DNA of 64,000 bases from Chrysomallon squamiferum (GCA_012295275.1 CM022667.1:1054001-1118000), one strand, 5' to 3'. Positions 15,332 through 31,006 are shown, counted from the first letter of the stretch. Program-made: numbers and translations. Notes: generated by a model from the sequence alone, not told the origin.

Positions 15332-15786
15332 CATTATTATTATTATTATTATTGTTAAAAAAAAAAAAAAAAAAAATTCTTTTACAAAATATTGGCTTAT
15401 AATTATTGTTCTTAAAATGTTTTCTCTGACTTTGAAATTTAATTTGTTTTTTTTTTGCTTTTTATTCTTACTGATTTACAGTCATTTGCTGGTGTTCAAG
15501 AATTTGAAATTTAAAAATTTAATTTCATATTTTCAGAACCATAGAGTTGTGTTGTTGTTTTTTTGTTACACTAAATTCCATATTCATTTCAGAATGTTTC
15601 CTGTTATTGGTGTCATATTTTTCTTAATTTGTTCTTTCTTTTTCCTCTTTTTTTTTTTAAATATTAAAAACATCATACTATTAAACCTCTTTTTCTGGAA
15701 CTCAACATTTTATTATATCAGTCACTTGGTTTGGTTTATTTTTACTTTATGTTATTCATTTATTATTATTTATTATTATTATTGTT

Positions 15787-15834
<48 letters not shown>

Positions 15835-18800
15835 TTAGTATTGTTGTTATTGTTAATTTGTTGTTTTGTTTTATTTTTTTGTCGGAGAAGTTACTGTTTT
15901 CTTTATTTTTTCTTTGAATAAAAAATATAAACATTTTATTATACTACCCTTATAGTACATTCTGCAAACCCTAACATTCTAAATTTCTAAATCCATATAT
16001 AAATATATATTTTAATTTTTCTTTTAAATTCTAATACACAAAACCAAAATTTACGTAAATTTTTATTTTAATAACACACAACTGCAACAACACACACATT
16101 TGTTCCAATATTTCCTGCAACACCGCTGACTTCTCAAGGTCTCTGAAAAGCGACCGGAATCAATACGAAGGTCAACATGATACAGTCTTTATGTACTCAA
16201 GCCTCTGTTCAATCAAAACTTGTAGACAACTTCAGCCCCCTTGTCAAAACACCACATCAGCAAAGAAGCTCGAATGAAGAGCAACATCGTGACAATGCAA
16301 TTTTACAAAATGAAATTACTCTTCTCTGAAGAAAACAGATTTATTTAATTTTCTGTTATGTCTGCATCGATAAGCTGATCTGGTTTTTTCTGTCATAAAA
16401 ATGTTTTACTGCTGAATTTTTGTTTTTCTATTTTTTTTATGATTGCCTGAATTTTTTTTTTATTTTTTTTTTTGTTTGTTTTTTATCATATTTAGTAAAC
16501 TTGCTATTATTATTGTGGGTTTTTTCATAGTTATTATTTTGTAAATGTGATAAAAATATTTTTTGAAGAAGTTCTTGTGTAAACTCAATAAAAAATGTTT
16601 TAGTGTGGTAATTATTATTGTTTATATTTTATGTTATTATTCTTTTTTATTTTATTTTATTTATTTTTCATTAATTTTTTTTATTTTTTATTTTTTTTTT
16701 ATTTATTGCCGGCATATTTATTTGTTATATATAGCAAATTTATTGTTAATAAAGGTTTCAGTTTGGGTTGTTTTTTGTGTATAAAATAAATAGAACTGTC
16801 TACTGTAGATTTTTTGCTCTTTTTTCAATTTTTTTTTTTTTTTTTTCATGTCTAGTTAAACATAAAAATAAGCGTTAGTGAGGTTTTGGTAAAGCAAAGG
16901 TTTTAAAAATTTAAAAATGTTAAAGAACTTGTTCTCTTGCATTATTGAAAAAAAAAATGATAGTCTGAATTTTAAATCTTTTTTCCTTTATCTCTTTGGC
17001 AGAAACAAAATATTTGTGTTTCTAGGTCTTTTGTGATCAAATCCTTGCCAATCCATAAACACTTCTTGATGATTATTTTATAATTGAAGCTTGAGAAATC
17101 ATCATAATCATATATTATCATCATCATGCCATTATCATCTCCATAATGACCATCATCACTATCATTATCATCATTATCATCCACATCATGAACTGTACAG
17201 TGTTTTCCATTACAGTTTGTAAAGACCTGAAATTTACCTAAAATATCATCACTATGGCATATTTTTTTTTTTTTTTTTTTTTTTTTTCTTTTATTAACAA
17301 ACTGTCACTGCCATGATCAACTCCCATTAACATATTATCCACTACAGTCTTAACCAATGGAGTTACCAACCTGCAATTTAATCTGAAAACAAAATCTACT
17401 TATTCTAATCTATAATGGCAAATTAGTAATTGAACTATCAACTTGCTTAACACAGCCAGTTCCTGGATGCCAGACTGATTCTTTTTTAAGTATCACTTAA
17501 AATTTGATGGTCAGCTTGACAAACAACCCCCATGTCTCTCACATGACCACCTACCAGTCCAAGAGGAAGCTTGGAATCAGATACAAAGAAAAATAATGGC
17601 CATTTGCTAAAGGATTAGTAAAATCAAATACCGGCAAATTGCACTTGCCATGGGCTGGGCAAGCAATTAATTGCTCGATTTGGAATTAATTTCATCACAT
17701 TCTTAAATGGTGTAAATATCAGTGCATTCATCTGTGAAAAAAAAAAAAAAAAAAAAAAAAGAAAGAAAGAAAGAAAAAAGAAAAAAAAAGATAAATTTAG
17801 CTGCCAGTTTTAGAGTAAGAAATAGTGGGTTCTCTATTTGTGTGAGAGAGTATTAATGCTCTATTTAGTTGTTTTTGTGTGATTCGTAACGTAATTATAC
17901 AAACTGGAAATATTAACTCTGTATTTAGCCCAGTTTTCCAGTTTTAATAAGCGAGACATTTATAGAAAGGGCAGATTTGTATTTAGCCTAGTTGTTAGGT
18001 TGTACATTAAGTCAGACATTCTAGAAAGACCAGCCCTATACTTACTGAACCCACAGGCCTATATGAAACAGTAATTCTTGTTTTTAAATTATAATAATAA
18101 AAAAAGGATTTCTGGACAGAGTACTGCTGATTTCAGTCCTTTGTACAAGAAATATACATTTTTTGATTAAAAATATACAAGGAATAGTAAATGAGTCCTT
18201 TGTACAAGAAGATGCTCAGATCATGCATTTAATCCAAACATAAATACATATACACACATTGACAAACACATGCATACACATACACATACAATACATACAT
18301 ACCCATACAGATATACACACACACATGCACACATTTGCATAAATGTAACTTATAATTTGTACAAGAAATAATAAGTAAGGTTTTATGTCTTCCAGTTCAA
18401 TTGTTTAAAAATCAAAGGGCAAGAACAAAGGGCAAAAAAAAAATAAAAGAAAGAAAGAAAGAAACCTTGAGAAATAAATTAAAATTTCTTCTGTAACCCA
18501 CTTCCTGAAAATGTGATCTTTTGAGAAAAATGCTTTATTCATAATTGACCAAATTATCCCATCAATCTCTTCAAAAAGGTAAACGTAATCTTTAAAAAGT
18601 AAACATAATCCTGAGATAAAGTAAACATAATCCTGTCTTAAAGTTTAAAAACTTGAAGGATAAAATCTTAACTAAAGAAAATGCAGAACATGTTAGACAT
18701 TCCAATAATGGGTGGAAAACTTGTTATGAATTTCACACAATTAGCCCTTCATTCAAGTGATTACATTAGAGTCTTGCAGAACTTCAGATAAGTCACCTGG

Positions 18801-19144
18801 AAGTAATAAAGTCGAAAATGAGGCCCAAGCGTAATTTAGTTTGCTTTGTTACAATAAAAGTGGTTTCTGTCTGAATGAATTGAAGTATCCTGTATAAGGC
18901 AAAAATGTGGGATTTATTTTCAGTGTGCTCCTGTTTGAATATCATTATCTAATTCTACATATATATGCACATACATACATACATACATACATACATACAT
19001 ACATACATACATACATACATACATACATACATACATACAGTCATATATACATACACATCTATAAACATATACATACATACATTCATATACACATGCAACA
19101 ATCACACACATATATATACATGTATGTATACACATATTCGTATT

Positions 19145-19190
<46 letters not shown>

Positions 19191-19925
19191 CAAGCATACA
19201 TACACAAGAAGATAGATCCAGACAGAAGATAATGTAAGTGGGCTTACATTGATCTTTATATAAAGACATAAACAAAAACAAACAAACATAAACAGGAACA
19301 CTTTTTCTCTCTGCAGTAATATAATTATTTACATTACCTTACACTCCCATGTAAACATTTACACAGACTACAAACACAACAAATTATACATTAATCATTC
19401 GGATATTTAACATTTTTCTTGTATCATAACAACACATCAGTCTACCAGTTAAAATCCTTTTTCAGTTTCCCATTCATTCATAAATGTATATATATATATT
19501 TTTTTTTTTAACACAGTCTGTTGAACTTATTTTTAAAACATTAATTTTCTTTCTGCTGGGTTCTGGTAGCCATATGTCAGTGTAGGTTATAAATGTGTTT
19601 TTTGTGTGGAGGGGTATCATTAAAGAAACAAGAAAAACAACAACATTCTGAACCACTGGACCAGTTATGGTTCTTACATGTCACCCTCACAATGCCATCA
19701 TTATTATATCATCTGTTACAAAGGTGTATAATAATTTCAGAAAACTAGACACAAACATACTTTATAATACATATGCACACAACAATGGACATGAATATGA
19801 ATAGACATGAATCATTACATTTAATTTTATTTAAAGTTGAAAATAAAGTAAATTAAAAACAAATTGTAAGTGCATATAAACACAGATTTTGTTTCTAAAA
19901 AAAAATATCTGATAATCTATATTTA

Positions 19926-20147
19926 GTGGATGTCTGTTTGTCTGTCTGTATGTTCATATGTATGTATGGTGGTTGTATGTATGTATGTATGTATGTATGT
20001 ATGTATATATGGTGTATGTATGTATGTATATATGTATGTATGTATGTATGGTGGTTGCATGCATATATATATGTATGTATGTATTTATGTACATGTGTGT
20101 ATATGTGTGTATGTATGCATGCATGTGTGTGCATGTCTGTATGTTTG

Positions 20148-20180
<33 letters not shown>

Positions 20181-20227
20181 GTGTACATATGTATAATATA
20201 CATGTGTATGTTATGCATGTATGCATG

Positions 20228-20268
<41 letters not shown>

Positions 20269-20320
20269 TTATGTGTTTGTATGTATATATATATATGTGT
20301 GTGTGTGTGTGTATGTCTAC
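19926..20320. repeat. Compound (TATG)n/(TA)n/(TG)n microsatellite; similar tracts at 60-235, 18960-19200, 29880-30215 and 30900-31200
   Basis: Direct inspection. Confidence 0.95.
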
Positions 20321-21276
20321 ACAGTTACACACACAACAAACAAACAATTTACATATTTAACAGCCAAAATGTGAGTGTTTCTGAAAACAGCTGTGGACTA
20401 TGCCAATGTTCCTGTGAATAACAGAAGTTGTTAAACACCTGTTTGCAAACACAAGAATCCAGAAATGCTGGCTGTCTCCCAATACCCCATACACCAGTGC
20501 CATAATTCATTAGAGAAGAATGCTCCCTCTCAAATTAACCTCCCCTTACCCTCACAGACCTGGCATGTGGGTGAAACAGACAAACAGAAATACGGAAATA
20601 AAATTTCTGAAATTTTCTTGTTCAAGTTACCAATAACAATGATTAATAGAATGATATATATTTGTGCTGTAATTAAATAAGCTTTTGTTAATTTGAGTGT
20701 ATATAAAGTATTATGATATATTTTCAACACAAATATGTATTATTCATAATAATAATAATAACAACAACAATATCTAACAACAACAACAACAACAGTGATT
20801 AATAGTAATAAATTAACACAACAACAACAACAACAACAATAGTAGTAATGTTTGAAAATAATGTTTGTTCAACAAAAATGTAAACATTATAAAAAGATTA
20901 ACAATCTTTAAAATAGATAAAAAGTAATAAAATATTTCACTTAATTAGAAATTCCATAATCAAAAAAAATAAAATAAATAATAATAATAATAACAACAAT
21001 AAATAAATAAATAAATAATAAATAAAATAATAAATGTGAAAATATCTGTTACAAGTTACTGTGATTTTATTCATTGAAAATATAAACAGAATTCATATTT
21101 ATTGTAAATTAAATTATAAAAAATTCTTGAAAAATTATATATTTAATTCAAAAATAATAAATCATATTTAAAAATGAATAAACTGATGAAAAATAAATGG
21201 AACATATTTTCAGCAAAACATAAACATTATAAAACTGTTTTAAAATTACACTGATCTGAATGATATTCAAGGTAGT

Positions 21277-21315
<39 letters not shown>

Positions 21316-21931
21316 TATTATTATTATTATTATAAAAAAAATAAAAAAAATAAGTATTAATAATAAAATAATATATTAAGACCTGTTACTTGTTTTATAA
21401 AAATAAAAAAACAATTTTAAAATTAAAAAAAAAGACAACAATTGTTTTTAAAGTATAACAAGCCTAAAAAATACCCCGAAATAAAAACAAGAAAGAAAAA
21501 AACAATGCAATATGGACATGCCACTTAAATATTAAAAAAAAAAAAAAAAAAAATTTTCAAGGGAATAGAACTCTATTTAACTGAATGTTGAAGAAGCAAT
21601 GACAGACATTTTTTCTCTCTTTATTTCTTATTTTCCAAACTCCCTGGTGATTATCTTGGAAATTCTTTGCATATAAATAAGAAGAAATTATTGCCATTAT
21701 GATTAGTTTTGCTTTTCCTTTGGGAGATGGTAAAAAAAATAATAACTTCTTGTTCCAGTGGCATGTCATCATTGTGAAACAAAATTCCAAAGATATTTTT
21801 TGTTTTAAAAAATTCTAAGGAAAGTAATTTCTGTCAATACAAAAGCATTTTCTGAAGTATGTTGTTACCTGATATGCAAGAAGTAACTAACTGATTTTTT
21901 CTTTTATTATTATTGTTTTATTTTATTTATT

Positions 21932-21987
<56 letters not shown>

Positions 21988-22481
21988 CATCATTATTATT
22001 TTATTATTATTATCTTAATTTCTAAAATGCATAATTTTCTAAATTAAGTGATTCATTTTTTGAAAACTGAGAATAATATACAAATTCTGGGGTTATTTTT
22101 CATTCTTTGTATACCATTAGACTATACAAACCATCTTTTTTTTATCTTTTGTTAATATGTTTTGCTAAAAAATAATCTACATTTGTTAAAAAATGTCTAA
22201 TAGATTTCTTTTTTTTGAATTTCTATGATGCAAAATATATTTTTTAAATATTGATGTATAGAATGTATGCAATCTGAAGGCGCATTTTTTAAAATTTGAT
22301 TATCAAGGGGAAAAAATTTAATTTTTCTTAATATATAAATTTTTTTTTATTATAAATTTTATTATTTGAAACGTGAGAATATATACAAATTTGGGGCTTA
22401 TTTTTTTTTTCTTTATTCTATATATAAATCTTCAATTTATTTATTTATTTATTTTATTATTTATTACTATTATTATATATA

Positions 22482-22522
<41 letters not shown>

Positions 22523-23853
22523 TTTATATGTTTTTTACTTTTTTTATTTATTGTTTCGTTTCTGGTTATTTTCTTCTTTCAGTAATATTACACAGAATAT
22601 TATGTAATTTGTTATATGCAATTTTCTAAGGGAAAAAAAAAAAAAAAATCTTTCTTTCATTTTCATAGCATTAGAATAGAGATTTCTTTCTTGCTGTTTC
22701 AATGGGAGAGAAGGAACTAGGAAGCCTCATTCATTCACTTTATATTTTCTCTGACCATTTATCGATTGCGCACATGATAAAGTTGAATACAAAGTGTCCG
22801 TTTTGTCAGTGACTGATGGAAGAATTGACAGAATATATCTTAATGTTTTTCTCCATCAAGCATGATGAGAAGGTCTGTGTACTAGCATTTGTTGCAGATT
22901 TGTAAGTTGTCTGTGGGTTTTTTTATCTTTTTTTTTTTATTAGAAAAAGTTTGGGGTTTTTTGTCAGTTTTATTTTTTAATTTTTTGTTTTTTTATAAAG
23001 ATTTTCAAGTTTTTGTTTTTGTTTTATTCTTTAATTATTATTATTATTTTTTAATTAATTAATTTTTGTTTTATTTATTTTATTTTATTTTAATTTATTT
23101 TATTTTTTTTTTTTTTTTTTTTTATATATTTTTTTTATTATTATTATTATTTTTTATTATTATTATTACTTTTAATTATTTTAATTAATTTTATATTGAT
23201 TTATTTGAATTATTATTTTTGATGGGGAGAGAAACTGGAAGGGATTACTTTATCTTGAAATTGATAATATAGAATTTTCTAGTTTCTTTATTATGTAAGT
23301 TAATAGTTTAGACTTTTACTCAATTAGAAATCAAATATTTTAGAATTTGACTCAATCAGAGAACAAATACTTTAGAATTTTACTCTATTAGAGAAAAAAA
23401 TTTGCTTACATTTTCAGATTTACTTTATTAGAGATGTAATAAATTAGAATTTTCTATTTTTTCTTTGTTAAAGAAGCTAATATAATCTGAGTTTTCTGGT
23501 TTTGTTTTGTACAGTGAGTTGTTTTGGGGGGTTTTCATCTTACAGTGCTTGAACATGATGGCAATAGAACCTGGTCCAGGTTGAAAAAAAAAGAAAAAAG
23601 AAAGAAAAATGAGCAGGTGCATTCTTTAATTAGTCAATGAGTAATTAAGTGCAGTAGAAATTTATCATACTCTGTTATTTTAAACACTTTTTTCCATCAG
23701 AATTATTTGTTTTATCTGAAGGTCACATTTATGCATAGTCTATCCTGAATTTAAATGTATGGTGAAAAAGAAATATATTCTACAAAGGTCATATTTGCAT
23801 TGGCTGTGCACACAAAACAAACACACATACATACACACACACACACATACATA

Positions 23854-23917
<64 letters not shown>

Positions 23918-24089
23918 AACACCAACACCACAGCAAGCATAAAATCAAAGAGATGTTCAAATAAACAGCCATACATACACATGCAATCGTACACACAGAT
24001 AGATGGACACACAGACAGTATAAAACACAATTCCAGTCTATCAGATCTGACTCTCATCTGATGCTGTGGTGCTGAAACTAAGCAAATAA

Positions 24090-24240
24090 CTGATAGATGT
24101 TAAAACCAAGCAAATATCTGAGGGTGGATGTTAAAACCAAGCAAATATCTGAGGGTGGATGTTAAAACCAAGCAAATATCTCAGGGGGTGGGGGGGGTGT
24201 TAAAAACTAGAAAATATCTGATAGATGTTAAAAATCAAAA
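24090..24240. repeat. 31-bp tandem repeat (GATGTTAAAACCAAGCAAATATCTGAGGGTG), about 4 copies
   Basis: Two near-perfect and two degenerate copies visible. Confidence 0.85.
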
Positions 24241-24454
24241 GAAATGCTTTACACTTGTTTACAAGAATGAAATCACTCAAAGCAGTTTTTCCACCTCAAG
24301 TCACTCATTTTCTAGAAAATAGCTTTGATGAGCTGAGTAATTGCCTTTTGAAGCTAATTGATCATTAAACACCAGTCCAGCATGAATGAAGCATGAAAGA
24401 AGTGATTAGATGGTGCACACTAGACTGAACACATTATTGTTAAGAATGACAGCA

Positions 24455-25560
24455 GTTTTCTTTTGTCTGGTTCAAATACCATACACACTCATGCTGAAGT
24501 CAAGGGTCTGGTTTGTCTGGTCCACATACCGTACACACTCATGTATAAGTCAAGTGTTTGGATTGTCTGGTATCACACCGTACACACTCATGTATAAGTC
24601 AAGTGTTTGGATTGTCTGGTATCATACCGTACACACACTCATGTACAAATCAAGGGTTTGGAACATACCATTGTCTGGTATCAAGTTTTTGGTTGGTCTG
24701 GCATACCGTACGCTGTCACATACAAATCAAGTGGTTGAGAACATACCATACCCACTCATGTGAAAGTCAAGTTTCTGGTTTGTCTGGTATCATACCGTAC
24801 ACTCTCACATAATAATCAATGGTTGAGTACACATTCATATAAAAGTCAAATGTTTGGATCATACAATACACACTTATGTAAAAATCAAGTTTTTGGTTTA
24901 TCTGGCATCATAAAAGACACACTCATGTAAAAGTCAAATGTTTGGATCATACAATACACACTTATGTAAAAATGAAGTTTTTGGTTTATCTGGAGTCATA
25001 AAATAGACACATGTATAAGTCAAATGTTGGGATCATACTATAGACAGTCATGTAAAAGTCAAATGTTGGGTTCATACCATATACTCTCATGTAAAAGTCA
25101 AATGTTGGGATCGTACCATACACACTCATATAAAAGTCAAATGTTGGGATCATACTGTACACTCTCAAGTAAAAATCAAGTGTTTGGTTTATCTGGCATC
25201 ATACCATACACTCTCATGTGAAAGTCAAATGTTGGAATCATACCATACACACTCATGTGAAAGTCAAATGTTGGATCATACCATACACTCTCATGTGAAA
25301 GTCAAATGTTGGATCATACCATACACTCTCATGTAAAAGTCAAATGTTGGATCATACCATACACTCTCATATAAAAGTCAAATTTTGGGTTTATCTGGCA
25401 TCATATCATACATTCTCATATAAAAGTCAAATGTTGGATCATACCATACATTCTCATGTAAAAGTCAAGTGTTTCTGGTTTGTCTGGCATCACACCTAAC
25501 ACATATCATGTAAAACTGAAGTGTAGATTCTGTCTGGCACTATATGATACACACTAATGT
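24455..25560. repeat. Minisatellite with a 38-39 bp core (AAAGTCAAATGTTGGATCATACCATACACTCTCATGT) mixed with about 50 bp variants
   Basis: More than 20 directly visible tandem copies. Long variants carry a TTTGGTTTATCTGGC-like insert. Confidence 0.92.
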
Positions 25561-26099
25561 ATAAACAAATTGTATGGCTTTTATATTACTTATACATAAG
25601 TCACATGTTTCTGGATTTAAAAACCTATGATTATACTAAAAACATTAATGCTTTTTAAATTTTATCTGATTTCCACTGAGCTTTTCCCATAAGCTCTTAA
25701 ACTGATTGACAATCCTGAATGAGTTGTAATATATATGTTTCACTATTACATAACTTATATATAAGGTAATAGTATAATGCATTTTCCATTGTGAATATTC
25801 ATTATCTTATGATCTCATCTATTTATCTGTCTGCCTGCCTGTCTGTCTGTCTGTCTATCTATATATTTATTTATTTATTATATACACATACTCTTCCGTG
25901 CATAAATTATTTTATTCTCAGATGTCCTGTTTTTGAAATGGTTCTCAATTTTTCTTACAGTTATACCAAATTAAGTGAAACATTATTTGTGTAATATCTA
26001 ATATATATATATATATTGTTAGTGGTTTACAGGCTGTAAATAATATAAATAATAAATATTTCTTATAAGGATTTTGTAGAGAAAAAATTGACTGAAAAA

Positions 26100-26640
26100 C
26101 AAATTGATTGGTATGATAAAAAATAAAACAAGCTAATCCAATCAGTACCTTTAGTAGCCAGAAATCAGACAAAGGTTGGAATGGTAAAAACATTAAATAT
26201 AATAAAAACAATAATAAAAATAATAATGATATCAGTGTTTTCTAGCTGGAGTTTTCTAGTTGGAATGGTAAAAACAATAAATAAATCAGTAATATCAACA
26301 CATTTAGCTTAATTAGAAGAAAAAATCCCTATCAGATCAGTGTTTTCAGCTGGAGATCACACTATGGTTGGAATGGTAAAAACTTTAAATCAAGCAATAA
26401 TATAAATAATTTTAACTGGATGTGACACTATGGTTGGAACTGATAAAACTAACAAATAAACCAATAATATCCATACTTTTGGCATAAAAAACACACTGTG
26501 TGGTTGGAACAGGTAAAAACACACTGTGGTTGGAATAGGTAAAAACAATAATATCAATGATTTTAACCGCAGGAAGGCAGTCAGCCAGCAAGCTACTGTG
26601 TTTGGAATGAGTAAAACCAATAAAAAAGAAATATCTTTAA
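26100..26640. repeat. Degenerate array with core GGTTGGAATGGTAAAAAC
   Basis: About 8 recurrences, plus an isolated copy at about 27605. Confidence 0.75.
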
Positions 26641-27952
26641 CTACCAGCCAACATGAACAACTTGTTTTAACAAGAACTGGAAGCCCTGGAGGCATATCAG
26701 AGGAAACAGGTCTGATAACAAAAAACCATTTAACAACACAAAGGACAGAAATCTAATCTATACACAGATTAACATTAAGTCTTTTCCATCTATCCTTTAG
26801 CGGTAAGAATCAACAATAGCCAAACGATTACCAGCTTTTCACGCGTATTCATGCCGTATTCACACTCATGCCTGTATCAGTTCGTGTTCATCTTCTTTCG
26901 TTTCAACGTATAACACACAAAAAACCCAGTGTTTGGACAAAAACAGGTTTGCTGCTTATTAAGATGTACAGTCATGGAAGTAGATGATGCATTCTGAGCT
27001 TTGGATGAAGATTGAGAGGGTGTTTTTTTTTTGGGTGTGTTTTTTTCACTCTCTCTCTTTCTCTTTCTTTCTCTCTCCTGACTTAAATAAACAGAATGAC
27101 ACTGAAGCTTCGTGGCTGTGTACACAGCAATCGGTTGTCTTGTTTGTTCAGAGAAATGGAAGAGAAAAAACTACTAGGATATATACTGTACGTGATTTTT
27201 TTTATACTGATTTATGTACTGTGAGTGTAAAAAATGTTTTTGAAATTTAATCTCTACCTGAAAAGGCTGTGATGCTATAGGCAACAGGTCATTCCTCCTC
27301 ATTACCTTTTCTTTGGGTTGTGTCCAATTCTAAACACTGCTCCATCAGTGGAGGATTAAATTCTGAGCCATACTGAATTCTAACTTCACTTCCATAATTG
27401 ATTACAGTATCACTGTAATAAATATTTGTTTTGAGTCACTGGGAAGGTGCATACAAAAGTTTCCATGCTGCTAATAGTCTAGAAAAAAAACGTGTATCAA
27501 ATTACAAAACAAAGAAGTAAGACCGACAACCATTAAAAATAAATGTATGTAGCTACGGTGTGTTAAAGATTTATTCATTAATTTGTTTAGTCTGAGACCT
27601 CACACTGTGGTTGGAATGGTTAAAAACAGTAACTTTCACAGCTGCAGTCACTGTGATAAATACCAACAGTTATTTTAACACAAGTTCAGATCGGAGGAGG
27701 TCGTCTGGTAATTATGTTCCTGTTTGATACCAACAGAGTCTGTTTTTTGTCAAAAATGAATTAATAATGTAAAATAAATTACATGCAACAGATTGTTAAA
27801 AAATAGAAGGATAGCATCTGATGAACGTCTGATGAACAGTATTCAGTGCTGTAACAAGCAGGGATGAGGATGATGTTCAGAATATAAATAAATAATGATT
27901 AAAAACTTTCACAAAATGAAAACCAAAACCCAGCAGTGATACTAATCTTACA

Positions 27953-27992
<40 letters not shown>

Positions 27993-30177
27993 TACTCACA
28001 CTCACAGACACACACATACACACAGAGATACAGACACACAACTACACACACATACACACATACACAAATACACACACACACAGACACACACACACACACA
28101 CACAGAGCCACACACACACATGTACAAACACACACACACACTCACATACACACACATGCACAGTAATAACTAACTTTACAACACTAACTTTACAGCACAA
28201 AAGAAAAACAAACTTGTCATTGGTATAATATTTTAATTAGTCAGAATTTATTAAATTTGAAACAGATCTTTCTCGAACAATAATTACGAAAGATAACTGA
28301 AAGATAATACATCCTTTTATTTTAGAGAAAAAACCCAAGTTTACTGCAGATGTTACATATAATAACCTGGGAATGTTTCAATTACTTATATAATGATTTG
28401 TCTGGGTTTTTTGTAAGTTGTAGGTCTGTATCATGTTTAAGCTTGCGTTATATCTTACGGATATTATAATAAATGTGTCTGCACTCAAGTACCATATATC
28501 ATGAGTTGTACTTTGATATTTATGTCAAATAATCACAATTTTCCAGACAATTGTTATATCATTTTTTTTTAATTATTATTATTTTTTTTTTAAAATGATC
28601 CAACAGAGAATTTCATCTTTTCTCTTTTTCTATCACACAATTCTCAAAGCTAACATTATTTTTCTCCCTCCTTCCCATTAAAAACAAATTTTAGAAAGAA
28701 AAAAAACCCACACAAAAACCATTTCTGTTTTTCTCAAGTTAGCGTGACTGCACTAACAATTTGAATTAATGAGATGTTGTTCCTGTAAGAACAGACAACA
28801 ACAGCGTTGCAGTAGTCTCACTTCTTTCATTCTTTATTACAATCACCTGGGGAGCAGTGCAGTGGCAAATGACTCCATCAGTGACAACATCTGCATTCAT
28901 GTTGGCCACAGCATTCTGAATGAGAGAACACCTTCCTCGGCCAAAGACCAAGCAGACTAGAATCAAGAGGTGTCTTTTGTTGTGTAGAAATGGAACTAAT
29001 TAACTCAATCAGAAAGCAGCAAGCAAGCATTCACACTTGATCAATTACTACCTGATGGTCTGTGACTGAGCTGAGGTCCTCGAACAGAGACATCTCAGAA
29101 GAAAGGTGCAACCAAACACGGAATGAAAGCTCCTTTTCTTTTCTAGCTATTTTACTTTTTTTTTTTTTATATATTTTTTTTTTCCTTTTTTATTATTATT
29201 GTTCTTTTTTTGTCTGTTTTGTTTTTCATCTTTTTCTTTGATTTATTATTGATTTTTTTTTTGATTTTTTTTTTTTTTTTTTTTTTTTTCTGATTAAGAA
29301 TCATCAGATTCTAACATGAATCCATATCCAAATAAAATAAACAAACATCAAATACATATGCAACACACACATATGCACCCACAACAACACAACAGTCACA
29401 CACACACTAAACACAACATACACACATTCACATTCACACTCATATACACACACACACACATACTGATAGATGAACATATATCCACACATCTAAATTTGTA
29501 CTGACAGTGTATGAGTATGTGTGTGTCTATGTACATGTATATATGTATGTATCATGACCTATTTCATATCAAATATATGTGATATTTTACCACATTTTAT
29601 AGCAGTATATTTCTCAAACTTTCATTTCATAACAATGTTATATAACATGATATCTGCAAACAAGACATGTTTGTAACACAAAAGGAACAACTTCTGTGTG
29701 TACAGGATGTAAAATAAGCAGCCACCCAGTGCCCAAGGCAGAGAAAAACAATCTCTGGGATGGTAATGGTAACATGAAGCTAGTCCAGCCAGTGGAAGTG
29801 TATTTCAATCATTCTTTGATGTGGCACAAACTTTATTTGATGTGAGAATGTATGTAAGTGTATAAATATGTAATGTAATGTATGTGTGTGTATATATATG
29901 TAAGTTTCTGTAGATGTTTATAGGCTTTTTGTGTAAATGTGTGTATGTATGTATGTGTGTATGTATGTATGTATGTATGTATGTTTGTATATGTATGCAT
30001 GCATATTATGAATGTATGTATGTATGTGTGTGTGTGTATGTATGTATGTATGTATGTATGTATGTATGTATGTATGTATGTGTGTATGTGTGTATGTATG
30101 TATGTATGTATGTATGTATGTATGTATGTATGTATGTATGTGTGTGTGTGTATGTATGTATGTATGTATATATGTAC

Positions 30178-30208
<31 letters not shown>

Positions 30209-31006
30209 TGTATGTAGCCAACTCATATTATTCATCAAACTGAGCTGTAAAAAAATAATTTTTATGAAACATTTATAAGCTATAGACAAGTGACAATGTT
30301 ACAGTAAAAAGAAATAAACTGAATATAAAAAATTAAATGGCCTAAACTGAGCTTGGCATTAAAACTGATCTTCAATACGTAACTCTGAACAAATTTAATA
30401 CTTATAGAATATTACGTAAGATTCATATCAAGTTTATCTCCCAGCTGAATGAATCTGTATTTGCTAATAAAAGAAATTTTAAACCAATTCTTAAGGGAGA
30501 TAAACCTCATACATTTTTTTGAAGTGTTGAAGAAGAAAAAAATTAAAATAAATTGTGTAATAAATTATTGAAATAGCGTGCATATTTTTAACATCAACAA
30601 AAATTTTACACCTTAAAAGGAAGTAAACAAGGTTTTTTGACAGAGCTATGCAATATTTACTGGGTATTAAATGACTTGATGTTTTATATATTACATTTAA
30701 TGTCAGGTATGCAATAACATAAATTCCTCCTGGAATAGTGAAGAATATCAGTTATATATTTCAGGTCTGCTCCTTTTGTTATGTAATAAAAAGTTGTATC
30801 TCACAAAATGTTTTGAAACATGTTTGACAAAAAAAACAAGATAAAATAAATTTTATAAATTTTATTACTTACTAGATCTGATTCTATGTTAATAATAATG
30901 TATATAATATGTCTGTACAATGTATGTACATAACATATGTATGTTTGTATGTAAATATGTATGCTTATGTCTGTATTTTTTTTATGTATGCATGTATGAA
31001 TGTATG

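Noticed and set aside
15156-15917. 253-aa hydrophobic ORF
   Set aside because: Produced by T-rich and (ATT)n tracts; no motif, non-ATG start, non-coding composition.
18907-20421. Overlapping MYVC/HTYI-repeat ORFs (also at 29.9-31.2 kb and 39.5-40.3 kb)
   Set aside because: Artefacts of TATG/CA repeats, which lack stop codons in several frames.
24455-25560. CRISPR-like periodic array
   Set aside because: Units are contiguous tandem copies with no unique spacers, in a eukaryotic context with no cas genes.
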